A stretch of DNA of 64,000 nucleotides from an uncultured Methanomicrobiales archaeon. Lineage in GTDB: Archaea; Halobacteriota; Methanomicrobia; Methanomicrobiales; Methanospirillaceae. A model generated the notes under the pieces. It saw only the letters and a program-made list of their open reading frames with translations, searched no databases and was not told the DNA's origin. The position numbers and the translations under genes are program-made. Location of the stretch: NCBI GenBank assembly GCA_963758915.1, contig CAVWXH010000016.1, forward strand, positions 128,001 to 192,000. The letters run 5' to 3'. Position 1 is the stretch's first letter. Each line of letters opens with the position of its first letter. Positions 42,017 to 52,135 of the stretch are shown one piece after another.

Positions 42017-43003
42017 TTACCGAGCAAGCGGCATGCACCAGGGCATTTCCTGCGAGAGGACAAGCTCCCACTCCTCCCTGCAGGGGCACTCCTGATTGGA
42101 AACAGCTTTTATTACAGACCGATCGCCAGACAGTGAGTAAAATTTTATTGCTTCAATAATATCCCTGTCACATTCACCACAGTTATGGGCCCCGCGTGAT
42201 TGCCCACCCCCGAGCGGATCACAGAGTACTTCCATTGGTGCGGTTGCAAGTACATCGGCTACACTCCAGAGGTATGGCGGGCGATAGGCCCCCTGTTTCC
42301 AATACCGTTCCATATCAGTACCCCTCTGGACTGAGCAGGTGTTCATCGAGACAATATCCGCGATGCCCGAAAGGTCGGTCAACGACTGCTTCATATCTGA
42401 CACTGCCTCTTTTTCTGTCAGGAAAAGGGGTTTCATCAGGAGGTATGCTTTTATTCCGACCCCTGCCTTTCTTGCGGCCCTGACTGCCTGGTTAAAATCT
42501 TCAGACGAAAAACCCTTGTCGATGGACTTTTCCCGGATGCGGTCGTTCGTTGTTTCAAGTCCTATGGCGACATAGAGCGGTTTTGCATTTGTCCCATCAT
42601 CGATACGCGCTATGAAATCTTCTAGAATGTCTTCATTTACGTATTCAGGCCGTGTTTCTGCGATAATAATTTTACCCCTGAATAAGGTCCCCGCTTCTTC
42701 AAGCACGGCATACGGGACTTCGTCGGGATCAAAGAAGCTACCGGAAGTATAGAGTTTTACGATTTCAACGTCTTTTATCTGAATAGTAGTTGCAACAAAC
42801 CGGAGTTGCCGGATGAGGCGGCCCGCAAGCTCTTCTTTTGATAGTCCCACATACCGTTCATGGCGGTAACTGCACATCAGGCAACGGTTCCAGGAACACC
42901 CCCCGGACTTTAAAATTATGGTGAGTGTTTTTTGTTCCCGGCTTTCATGTCGATCGGTCCCCTGCCAGAAGGCAAGTGGCTTTTCCTCCTCATTAGCAAG
43001 CAT
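42017..43003 (-). CDS. Archaeosine biosynthesis radical SAM protein RaSEA (TIGR01210)
   Basis: GCSWNRCLMCSY, KLYTSGSFFD, ETRPEY, GLET, YLLMKP, YRPPYLWS, RGAHNC. Confidence 0.88.
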   Translation of the reverse strand: MLANEEEKPLAFWQGTDRHESREQKTLTIILKSGGCSWNRCLMCSYRHERYVGLSKEELAGRLIRQLRFVATTIQIKDVEIVKLYTSGSFFDPDEVPYAVLEEAGTLFRGKIIIAETRPEYVNEDILEDFIARIDDGTNAKPLYVAIGLETTNDRIREKSIDKGFSSEDFNQAVRAARKAGVGIKAYLLMKPLFLTEKEAVSDMKQSLTDLSGIADIVSMNTCSVQRGTDMERYWKQGAYRPPYLWSVADVLATAPMEVLCDPLGGGQSRGAHNCGECDRDIIEAIKFYSLSGDRSVIKAVSNQECPCREEWELVLSQEMPWCMPLAR

Positions 43004-43028
43004 TAACAGCTTACTAGTTGAACGTTAT

Positions 43029-44147
43029 ATGATGAAAAAGATCCTCATCTTCGCAATATTCTGCTTTCTCCTTACCGGGGTTGCATCCGCATATGAAATA
43101 CGGATTGATGCACCCCAGACCCTTAGATTAGGCGAGATTATTGTGGTGAACGGGACGACGAACCTTCCCGCCGGGGTTACATTTGATATCATGCTCACTC
43201 GTTCAGAATACACAAGTGAGTCAAAAGCAACCAAGCACGTGACAGTCCAGGGGGACAAGAATTTTACCGTCGAATTTCCCACCGCCGGCTATACACGGGG
43301 TATCTATAAAGTCGAGATATTACCTGCAGGGGAGTTCCGGTACCTGGGGAATTCTATCACGATGAGGGTTGTGACACTTGTTGACCGGTCCGACGAAGTC
43401 AAGATAACCTCATTGCCAAGACAATACCTGAACGGGGTGCTCCATCTGACAGGTACTGCAAATAGTGTCAGGAACGATGCTATCGAGGTGCAGGTTGATA
43501 ATCCGGACGGGAGCCTGCTCTTCGGCCCGTCATTCGTCCCTACCAATCTTGACGGGCAGTTCTCAAAAGATTTCATTATAGAAAAAACCGGTATCTACCA
43601 GGTCAAAATCAGCGACCGGAAAGGGTATATCGGCACCTACAATATCAGCGTCCTTGACCAGGACATCAGTACCGTTCCGGTAGTCACCTCCCCTCCAGTT
43701 AGCCAGACTCCTGATACCACGTTGCCCATCCAGTCTGCATCGATGTTTTCGACCCGTGATCAACCTGCTTATTTTTCGGTTGCAACCAAACAGGGGCCCT
43801 TGAAAGTGTATACCTCTACAGGTACTGACTGGGTCATCGAGTACACTGACCTGTCAGGGCAGCGGGTGAAAACAAATACCAAAGGGCCCGGATTCCCTGA
43901 GGATGTCATAATCCAGGGTAACGGGGGGATCCAATATTTCATGGTATACCCGAATAAATATTCAGACCAGGCAAACGTCACCCTGTTTGCAGAGAATGTA
44001 AACAGTATCACGGGAAGCCTTGTCCAGCCCCCGGGTTTTGTTTCTGCCACCACGGTGCCGCCGGCCTCCACAACAAAAGCAACATTTCCGGCTATAATTG
44101 TTATCATTTCCATCGTCCTGGTCGCTCTCCTATGGCAGAGAAGATAA
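43029..44147 (+). CDS. Secreted/surface protein with C-terminal membrane anchor
   Basis: Signal peptide MKKILIFAIFCFLLTGVASA, GTTNLPAG, Thr/Pro linker, TM + RR tail. Confidence 0.85.
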   Translation: MMKKILIFAIFCFLLTGVASAYEIRIDAPQTLRLGEIIVVNGTTNLPAGVTFDIMLTRSEYTSESKATKHVTVQGDKNFTVEFPTAGYTRGIYKVEILPAGEFRYLGNSITMRVVTLVDRSDEVKITSLPRQYLNGVLHLTGTANSVRNDAIEVQVDNPDGSLLFGPSFVPTNLDGQFSKDFIIEKTGIYQVKISDRKGYIGTYNISVLDQDISTVPVVTSPPVSQTPDTTLPIQSASMFSTRDQPAYFSVATKQGPLKVYTSTGTDWVIEYTDLSGQRVKTNTKGPGFPEDVIIQGNGGIQYFMVYPNKYSDQANVTLFAENVNSITGSLVQPPGFVSATTVPPASTTKATFPAIIVIISIVLVALLWQRR

Positions 44148-44284
44148 TTCTTCTTTCACCGGCATGATAGAATCCGCCGTTATTCTTTCGCTGGCAGGTA
44201 TGAAACAAATGGTCAATTCATCTCTACCCCGTCCCCGTCATTTGGATACCTTTTTTACACCGAATCCCCAATAGTATTGAGCGG

Positions 44285-44369
44285 GCCGAGGTAGTCTAGT
44301 CCGGAAAGGCGGTGGCCTTGAAAGCCACTGGTGCCTGGCACCTCAAGAGTTCAAATCTCTTCCTCGGCG
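44285..44369 (+). tRNA. tRNA-Ser(TGA)
   Basis: Acceptor GCCGAGG/CCTCGGC, anticodon arm GTGGC-CTTGAAA-GCCAC, long variable arm, TTCAAAT loop. Confidence 0.95.
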
Positions 44370-44404
44370 TTCTGATAAAAACTCTGAAGATTTTTTCGAT
44401 TTTA

Positions 44405-44666
44405 GGCCCTGTTAAAAGCACTGCGTGTCAGGAAAAATGCAGGGAAAAGAAGTAGACATGAAGTGGTTTCACCCATAACCTGCCCCACCCCCGATAAGGT
44501 ATCCTTTGGGCAGTGTTTCCAGATGTTCATACATTTCCGGGTAAGGAGGGCACACGCTATCCAGGCAGGGGTCGCCATAGCGGCTGGGCGGAGCCCCGCG
44601 AACGCCAGTAAATCTTGGAATACCCCAGTCACCCAGAGAGATTTGAGAGCATGTCAAACCAATCCC
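44405..44666 (+). repeat. Intergenic module A, diverged copy
   Basis: GTAGACA..GGTTTCACCC, CCTGCCCCACCCCCGATAAG, CTATCC, GTCGC-CATA-GCGGC, GGGC-GGA-GCCC, TAAAT..GGAATAC, GAGAGCATGTCAA. Confidence 0.8.
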
Positions 44667-44716
44667 GGTTTTCGTAAATCGCTGAAGTGTACTTAAAATA
44701 AATATGAATTAGCTGG

Positions 44717-45640
44717 TTATTCATTAACAACTTCCCAACCTGCCCCTCCTTTCTGTTTAAGGGAGACACTTGTATAATATGGCGGATACCTGACGATCCC
44801 TTCCTCCCGCACCGGGTCATGGATAACAATATCCCCATTATCCATGCGACTGGCAATCGTGAAGCATGAGTGGTACCTTACCCTCCTGACTGCAGGGATA
44901 TCAGAAATCAGGCCTATATCCTCCTGGGTTACTCCACTGAGTGCAGGCCAGGTCCTGTTTCCTGACTCATACCCGGTCATGAGGTTCACCAATTTCAGAG
45001 ACCATAAATCCTTGTATTTCTCAATTTCCAGCCAGATAAGCGGATTTATTGTTGGAAATGTCATCCCGTTCATTCTTTTCATGGCTGCAATCCGGATAGT
45101 TATACTTATGGCGAGATAGACCAGGAACAGGACCCCATAGACTATGAGTCCCGGGATCCGGATGATTCCTGCAATAAAAAGGATCAAAAAGGCAAGGCTG
45201 ATAGCAATCATGACAGCGCTTGGTCCTGCAAAGACCCCGCAAGTATATTTGGTCTCTTTCCATGGCCAGAGCAGGGGAATACCCGGGCTGGCGAGGAAAT
45301 CAAGAGCAATATGCAACAGGGCCCCTGCAATCACCACGGTGATTCCTGCCAGAGTAACGGTGAAGGGGAGCGTGAAATCCCAAAAAAAAGACACACCGGC
45401 AAGGACGAGTAAGTACACTGTTCCATAGGCTATTACTGCCATTCCCGCCGCCCCGGCAATACTGTGTGCTGCGCCACCGTGTGTGAATATATACAACGGA
45501 GGCCGTTTTGAAGATACAAGGTGGAAGATCAGATCGGCATCAGGTATAACAGCTCCGAGGATTCCAAAAGGGATCAGTTCGGGTGCCCCGATTGCGGTGA
45601 GCAGGGAGGCAACCAGCAGTGCATGCGTGATACTGTCCAC
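44717..45640 (-). CDS. Membrane-bound metal-dependent hydrolase (YdjM-like)
   Basis: DSITHAL, PDAD, HGGAAHS, HIALD, GIPLLWP. Confidence 0.85.
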   Translation of the reverse strand: MDSITHALLVASLLTAIGAPELIPFGILGAVIPDADLIFHLVSSKRPPLYIFTHGGAAHSIAGAAGMAVIAYGTVYLLVLAGVSFFWDFTLPFTVTLAGITVVIAGALLHIALDFLASPGIPLLWPWKETKYTCGVFAGPSAVMIAISLAFLILFIAGIIRIPGLIVYGVLFLVYLAISITIRIAAMKRMNGMTFPTINPLIWLEIEKYKDLWSLKLVNLMTGYESGNRTWPALSGVTQEDIGLISDIPAVRRVRYHSCFTIASRMDNGDIVIHDPVREEGIVRYPPYYTSVSLKQKGGAGWEVVNE

Positions 45641-45947
45641 GGATCATAAGTTATACCCTTGTTTATTAATCATAGACTGTTAAACCCGGGATTCATTATA
45701 AAAATTCAATAAATCCTGGGTATTACAGGTATAACCCCTAAAAACAGCCAGCCGGTTTTGAATTGAATGGATACGTGACCATTTCGTCTCTGCCTGAATC
45801 AGGAAAATTCATTTGGCAGATCATCGGTTATTCATTGCCGGATAGTATTTGAAACTGAGAATAGCGTGCCGTAACTTTTTTGGTATACGATCCCAATTTT
45901 TTTATTTCCTGAATGCTGAACAGTACGTAGATAAACGGAGTACTATC

Positions 45948-46190
45948 GTGTGTATTGCAATTCCCGCTGAAGTAATTGAAATTAAGGAAGGAAATATCGG
46001 TGTCGTAGATTTTGGTGACTTACAACAGGAGATACGTCTAGACCTGGTCGATGTTGAGGTCGGGGAATTTGTTCTGATTCACGTAGGTTTCGCGATACAA
46101 AAAATGTCACGGGAAGAAGGACTCGAGACACGCAACCTGTTCCGCGAAGTGTACTCAGCCATGGAGCAGAAACCCCCGGTAACCCTGTAA
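45948..46190 (+). CDS. hypC: Hydrogenase maturation chaperone HypC
   Basis: GTG start then CIAIPA, VGEFVLIHVGFAI. Confidence 0.93.
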   Translation: MCIAIPAEVIEIKEGNIGVVDFGDLQQEIRLDLVDVEVGEFVLIHVGFAIQKMSREEGLETRNLFREVYSAMEQKPPVTL

Positions 46191-46432
46191 TCCCGTTTTT
46201 TTCTCCATTGTATCGTGCGATGCTTTTTTTTGATATTTCCTGTATGTATCCGGGTACAGGAGGGCAGGAAAAAACTACCGCTACTTCGGCTCAGGTGAGA
46301 CCTGGTATCCATTCGATGAATAATTGCCAGTGCCGGTTGAACGCTAGACTAATATAGATGGGGTAAATATAGGAAAGAGAAAACACCATCTATCATCAGT
46401 ACTTTTTCCCCGGGATTTCCAGGGTGTAAAAA

Positions 46433-48377
46433 ATGGCAGGGAAATCAGGAATAATCTTTGAACTTGGCGAGAGCGGCCTTCTTTTACCTGAGATGGTTAA
46501 TGCCGGGCTGACCGCAAACGACCAGGTAAAATATTTTTTCACCCTTCTCCAGACAGCACAGGTACATTCTGATCATCCGGACCTTGAATGTGTAAACCTT
46601 TCGAGGGAACGTGAAGCCGCCGGTATCGAATCTGACATCTTTGACCATGTCGTTTCAGGAGCTAAAAAGACCGGGCCCCTGTTGTACCAGGTACCGGAAC
46701 TCGTTTCTATTCTTACCGGGATTAGACGTTGTTTCCACGTGATGCAGCTCCCTGTTGCCAAGAACGGCCTCCCGGAAGCGGAAGACTTTGATGAAAGGAT
46801 GAAAAAGCTCCTGGATGAATTGCCCGACTCTCACGAGGATGTTATAAGCGGCAGGGTGATTGAGGACATTACCCGGGGTGACCCAGAGGGACCGGACAGC
46901 CTGCATCTCCTCCTGATGGACATGCATAAGTCGTTAAACAATCTGCAGAAACTGATATCCACTGAAAATATCGCCGGTGCAATGACCTATAACCTCCAGG
47001 AGCAGGATAAATGTCTTATCCTGGCATTTATGTCGGGAGTCAACCGGACATCACCGCTGAAATTCGATCACCCCGGCCTTGGTACAACGGCCACGAGGAC
47101 AAATGGCAGGCTGGTACTCCAGAATGACATCGGGTTAACTGATGCGCACGTCCTTGTCATCCATGTTGAACAAACGCAGATCAATATCACCTATACCGAT
47201 ATCCATATGCCCCGCCTGCAGTTTTTCCAGGGGCTTTTTGATTCCTGGAACATGACCTGGGAAGACACACGCTCGAGAAAAGGCGATGCATCCTTCGAAA
47301 AAAGGCTATTCCACCTTTCGAATGGAAGTTACCATACGAAGGACGAGGAAGAACAGAGGAAATTTCTGGAATTTCTTGGGTCGAGAATAGTTTTCCTGAT
47401 CGACTGGAACCGGGCGAGAAAGCGGTTACGGAGTTTCCTGCCAAATAAAGACTGTGTCACCGTGCTCAGGTGGTCAGCTGAACATGAAGTCGGGCATGTC
47501 GGGTTCCTCCAGCTCGGTGGAGAAAAGCTGATCTATGACGGGCTTGAAATGGCAGCAAGGATCCCGCTACGATATGGCGAGCCCCTGTACCAGATACTTG
47601 GGAGGGAGAAGACCATTGAGTATTTCCAGTGGGTTTTTAACGCAGCAGCGAAAGGCCTGCTGGCAAATCACTCCAGGTTACTCATCCAGGACGAAATTAA
47701 AGCTCGAATTACTCAGGTACTTCCATTCTGCGCACGAGAACCTGATGGAAATCTGCGAACAGCACGCAACCCTGACGGTTGAAGTCGCCATGGTCGTCAG
47801 GGACGCACTCCTTCATATACAGAGAAAGGAAAACAGCCAGTTTATCGAGAGGACTGCAAGGCGCGCAAAAATCTGGGAGAGCGAGGCGGACAACCTCGTC
47901 TCAAAAGTCCGGTCGCTTTCACTCCGCTTCGAAGCTGCACGGGAATATACCGAGCTGATAAACGTGGCAGATGATGCCCTCGATTTTCTTGAAGAGGCAA
48001 GTTTTTTCACGACCCTTGTCCCAAGGAGCACCCATTCTGAAAAGATGTTACAGGAACTTGTCATGCTAGGGGAAATTGCTGTAAAAGGGAGCCAGGGATA
48101 TCTGAAAGCGGTGATTGCATCCCAGTACGTGCATAAAGGATACAGCCGGGAGGAGATGCAGGACTTCATCCGGGCCATCGATAGTGTGATCAGCATGGAA
48201 CGTGAAGCAGACGAGGTACTCAGGACTACCGAGAGGGTGATCCTTGCTGAAACGACTGATTACAAAGAATTACTGGTATTCTTTGAAATCGCACGAATTA
48301 TTGAGGATTCAACGAATTCCCTGATGAAAGCCGCTTTCGTATTGAGGAACAATATCCTCGAGAGTCTGAACTGGTAA
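46433..48377 (+). CDS. Large protein with C-terminal DUF47/PhoU-like helical domain; one frameshift at about 47699-47701
   Basis: N-terminal region with LKFDHPGLGTTATR and QNDIGLTDAHVLV; C-terminal WESEAD...ADDALDFLEE...MEREADE acidic repeats typical of PhoU/DUF47; removing one A gives 647 aa. Confidence 0.7.
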
Positions 48378-48379
48378 TT

Positions 48380-49981
48380 ATGACAAATGACTTATCGCCG
48401 CGTATTGTCTTTTTCGGGCCCGGGGTGCGGGCAGAGATACCTCCTGAAGACTTTGGTAATAAGGCCGCAGGCCTTGGGACGATGTCCTCACTTGGTATGC
48501 CTATTCCCCCAGGTTTTGCATTAAATGTTTCAATCTGTGAAGATTATTATAAAAACGGGATGAAGGTCCCGTCTTCTCTCCCGGACCTCCTCCAGGAAGG
48601 GATCTCTTACCTTGAACATGCTACCGGTCTCCAGTATGGCAGCGGGCGGAAACCTCTCCTTGTTTCTGTACGGTCGGGGGCGCAGGTATCGATGCCCGGT
48701 ATTATGGACACCATTCTTAATGTCGGGCTGAACCATGAAACGATACGGGGAATGACTTTTCTGACCGGGAATCCCAGGTTTGCCTGGGACTCCTACCGCC
48801 GGCTCTTCGAGAACATGGCCGAGATCGTTTTCCGCCAGAACCCACACGATTACAGGGCCCTTTTATCAGAAATAATGGAGGCGGAAGGAATAACTGACGT
48901 GGTTGAAATGGACTCAGCCAGCCTTAAGAAACTGGCCATTCAATACCAGCGATTGTTTTTTTCTATTGAAAACTCCGATTTCCCGGAAGATGTGAAAACA
49001 CAGCTCCTGATCTCTTCAATTGCCGTGCTTCGTTCATGGACAAATCCAAGGGCTGATTCGTTCCGAAGGATGCACCCGGTACATAGCCTTCGTGGTACCG
49101 CCATCACCATACAGGCAATGGTATTTGGCAATATGGGGCTGAATTCAGGTGCCGGAGTTGTGTTTTCCCGGAACCCCTGGAGCGGAGAGAATGAACCTGT
49201 CATTGATTTTAAGTTCGGTGCACAGGGGGAGGATGTTGTATCCGGGAACCAGTCTGCCACCACGCAGGGCGAGTTAAAAAAATCAATGCCTTCTGTTTAC
49301 GAGGACCTGAGGCAGATAGGGAGAACGGTTGAATCGCATTTTCATGATATGCAGGACATGGAGTTTACGGTACAGGAAGGGAAACTCTATATCCTGCAGA
49401 CCCGAAACGGGAAACGTTCCCCCCTGTCTGCAATCAGGATCGCTGTTGATTTGTGGCGGGAAGGGATAATCACGCCCGAAGTCGCGTTATCACAGTTAGA
49501 TGGCCTCGATCTCGAATCGATCAAAGTCCGCTTTGTTTCCACTATGGACTACCCGATTGCGACCGGTACCTCGGCATCCGGAGGTGTGGCGAGCGGCATC
49601 ATGGTATTTACACCTGAACGGGCGTTACAGGAATCCCCGTCAGGACCTGTAATCCTTGTCAGGGAGACTGCATCAACGGATGATATCGAGGGGATACGGG
49701 TCGCTTCGGGGTTACTGACAGCGAAAGGAGCACGGACATCGCATGCGGCAGTAGTTGCCCGACACATGGGGAAGGTCTGCATCGTGAATTGTTCCGGCCT
49801 GGAGATTGACCTCTCCTCCAACAAATGTCACCTGGGTGGTCAGGTACTCCGGGAAGGGGATACTATTTCACTGGATGGGAATTCCGGTTCGGTATATACG
49901 GGGATTGTCGGCACCACCTATGAAAAACCGAGGGAGTTGCTGGATATTGTCCATGGATGGAAAAACATCCCGTCCGGATGA
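48380..49981 (+). CDS. Pyruvate phosphate dikinase-like protein lacking the C-terminal pyruvate-binding domain
   Basis: GNKAAGL, LLVSVRSGA.SMPGIMDT.LN, WDSYRRL, QAMVFGN, QGEDVVSG, MEFTVQ..LQTR, RTSHAAVVAR; stops at 533 aa. Confidence 0.88.
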   Translation: MTNDLSPRIVFFGPGVRAEIPPEDFGNKAAGLGTMSSLGMPIPPGFALNVSICEDYYKNGMKVPSSLPDLLQEGISYLEHATGLQYGSGRKPLLVSVRSGAQVSMPGIMDTILNVGLNHETIRGMTFLTGNPRFAWDSYRRLFENMAEIVFRQNPHDYRALLSEIMEAEGITDVVEMDSASLKKLAIQYQRLFFSIENSDFPEDVKTQLLISSIAVLRSWTNPRADSFRRMHPVHSLRGTAITIQAMVFGNMGLNSGAGVVFSRNPWSGENEPVIDFKFGAQGEDVVSGNQSATTQGELKKSMPSVYEDLRQIGRTVESHFHDMQDMEFTVQEGKLYILQTRNGKRSPLSAIRIAVDLWREGIITPEVALSQLDGLDLESIKVRFVSTMDYPIATGTSASGGVASGIMVFTPERALQESPSGPVILVRETASTDDIEGIRVASGLLTAKGARTSHAAVVARHMGKVCIVNCSGLEIDLSSNKCHLGGQVLREGDTISLDGNSGSVYTGIVGTTYEKPRELLDIVHGWKNIPSG

Positions 49982-50251
49982 CGAAACGGCGGGTTACCAT
50001 TAACCGGTGAAAACTGGGATGTCTTTCCCCATTTGCACTGATGTCAGATCAGTAATTGTCTGATTACGGTTCAGCCAGCTGTGGAAAACCCAGCACATAA
50101 AGGTGCCCGGGTATTTCTATTTCAATGCGGTAACCCTGGTTCCTGACTGTTACGGAGAACAGTTATCGATTTGTATGCAATTGCTGAAATCCGGACTTAT
50201 TAAAACGAAACCCAGTATATTTAATCTAACAAGAAGAATGGGTGTCTACAG

Positions 50252-52112
50252 GTGATTCTTACGAAACTATCGCATCTTGTAATTCTTACCATTATCCTCG
50301 GGATGATGACAACCGGTTTTGTATCAGCTGAAATTCTGCCAGTTGAAAATATTGGTGGTGGAAAGGGATATTATGATATTTCGTCTAATCCGGAAGGTGG
50401 GACTGTCATCTTTGACGGGAAAAACAAGGGGATTACCCCCGTTACCGTTGAAGTGAGTACCTCAGGGACACCCGGGCATACGATCAGCATCTCCAAAGAA
50501 GGGTACCGGACATGGAGCTCGAATCAGCCCGGTAACCCATTCGAGGGCGAAACTATCAGTATTAATGCCGATCTTCTGTTTATTCCCGTTACTGAACCGA
50601 CCACCCTGCCCCCGACTACGATAATTGGCGGAGGAAAGGGGTATTATGATATTTCGTCTAACCCGGAAGGCGGGACTGTCATCTTTGACGGGAAAAACAA
50701 GGGGATTACCCCCGTTACCGTTGAAGTGAGTACCTCAGGGACACCCGGGCATACGATCAGCATCTCCAAAGAAGGGTACCGGACATGGAGCTCGAATCAG
50801 CCCGGTAACCCATTCGAGGGCGAAACCGTGCATGTTGATGCAGACCTCGTGTTTATACCGATAACTCTTCCTCCGACACCAATAGGGGGCGAGAAGGGGT
50901 ATTATTATGTTATGTCCAGCCCCAGTGGCGCAGCTGTCAGCCTTGACGGGACGAACCAGGGAACAACCCCCATAAATCTTGAGGTAAGTTCCACCGGCAC
51001 GCCTGGCCATACCATCGGTGTCGCGATGCCCGGTTACCAGTCCTGGAGCCAGTATTACCCCGGAAACCCACCGGCAGGATCGACGGTAACGGTTAATGCA
51101 GTGTTATCCCCCATGTACCAGAATGGTAATATCCAGGTGATGTCTTCGCCTTCGGGTGCATATGCGGTACTCGACAACGGTCAGAACTCGATGGTCACAC
51201 CCGGGACTTTTTCTTCGGTTTCCGCCGGGTGGCATAACGTAAGGGTAACAAAAACCGGGTATTACCCCTATTCACAAGATGTCCAGGTAAATGCGGGAGG
51301 CACAAGACTCGGTGTCAGCCAACCTTGTCCAGATCTCACAACAGGGGAGTATATCAATCAGCTCAACCCCGAACGGGGCGGGTATCTACGTCGACACAAT
51401 TTACCAGGGAGAAACGAACCAGATTGTCGGCAATCTTGCAACCGGATCCCATACCGTAACCCTCAAAAAAGCAGGGTACCAGACCTGGTCTTCGCAGTAT
51501 TCTGTATATTCCGGTCAGACTACGTATGTAACCGCCCAGCTCGCACCGGTCTTGAACCCGTCCACCGGGGACCTCCTTGTTCTTTCGTCCCCCTCGGGTG
51601 CGGCAGTATATGTTGATGGTGACTACCAGGGTTCCACGTCACCGGGAAGCCCCCTGGATGTTGTGTCACTGTCACAAGGGACTCACACCGTTGTATTGAA
51701 AAAATCCGGGTACCAGGACTATACGACCACGGCGAATATTCGTGCAGGACAAACGGTACAGGTATCGGCAACACTTGTACCCTCGGGGCAACCCGCCACC
51801 ACGGCGAGTGTTCAGATTACGTCAGACCCAAGCGGGGCAGATGTACTCATCAATAATGGTTACATGGGCATTACGCCATTAACCGCCCAGAACGTGCAAC
51901 CCGGTTCGTCCACTATCACAATTACGCTGGCGGGATACAATCCGTATTCAAGCACGCTGCAGATTACTTCCGGCCAGGCACTGCAGGTAAATGCGGCACT
52001 GTCACCCGTTGCAACACCCACGAAGAAAGCCCCGGTAAGTCCGTTCTTGGCGATCCTGGCAGTAGCAATTATTGGTACAATTGCGATGGTTAGGTTCAGA
52101 CCAAAAATGTGA
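50252..52112 (+). CDS. PEGA-repeat surface protein; one frameshift at about 51304
   Basis: Signal peptide, repeated SS.P.GA.V..DG...G.TP....G.H.....K.GY units, C-terminal TM + basic tail; removing one A gives 619 aa. Confidence 0.87.
50351..50826 (+). repeat. Internal tandem duplication of a PEGA unit (273-bp offset)
   Basis: 50399-50553 identical to 50672-50826 (155 bp). Confidence 0.93.
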
Positions 52113-52135
52113 TGAAACCGCGTACCTGATCAATC

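Noticed and set aside
18031-43003. tgtA, arcS and RaSEA in one window as a novel pathway
   Set aside because: This is the established euryarchaeal archaeosine pathway.
44285-44369. tRNA-Sec or suppressor tRNA (TGA in the anticodon loop)
   Set aside because: Anticodon TGA reads UCA (Ser); tRNA-Sec would have TCA. No in-frame UGA/UAG recoding was needed in hdrA or other genes.
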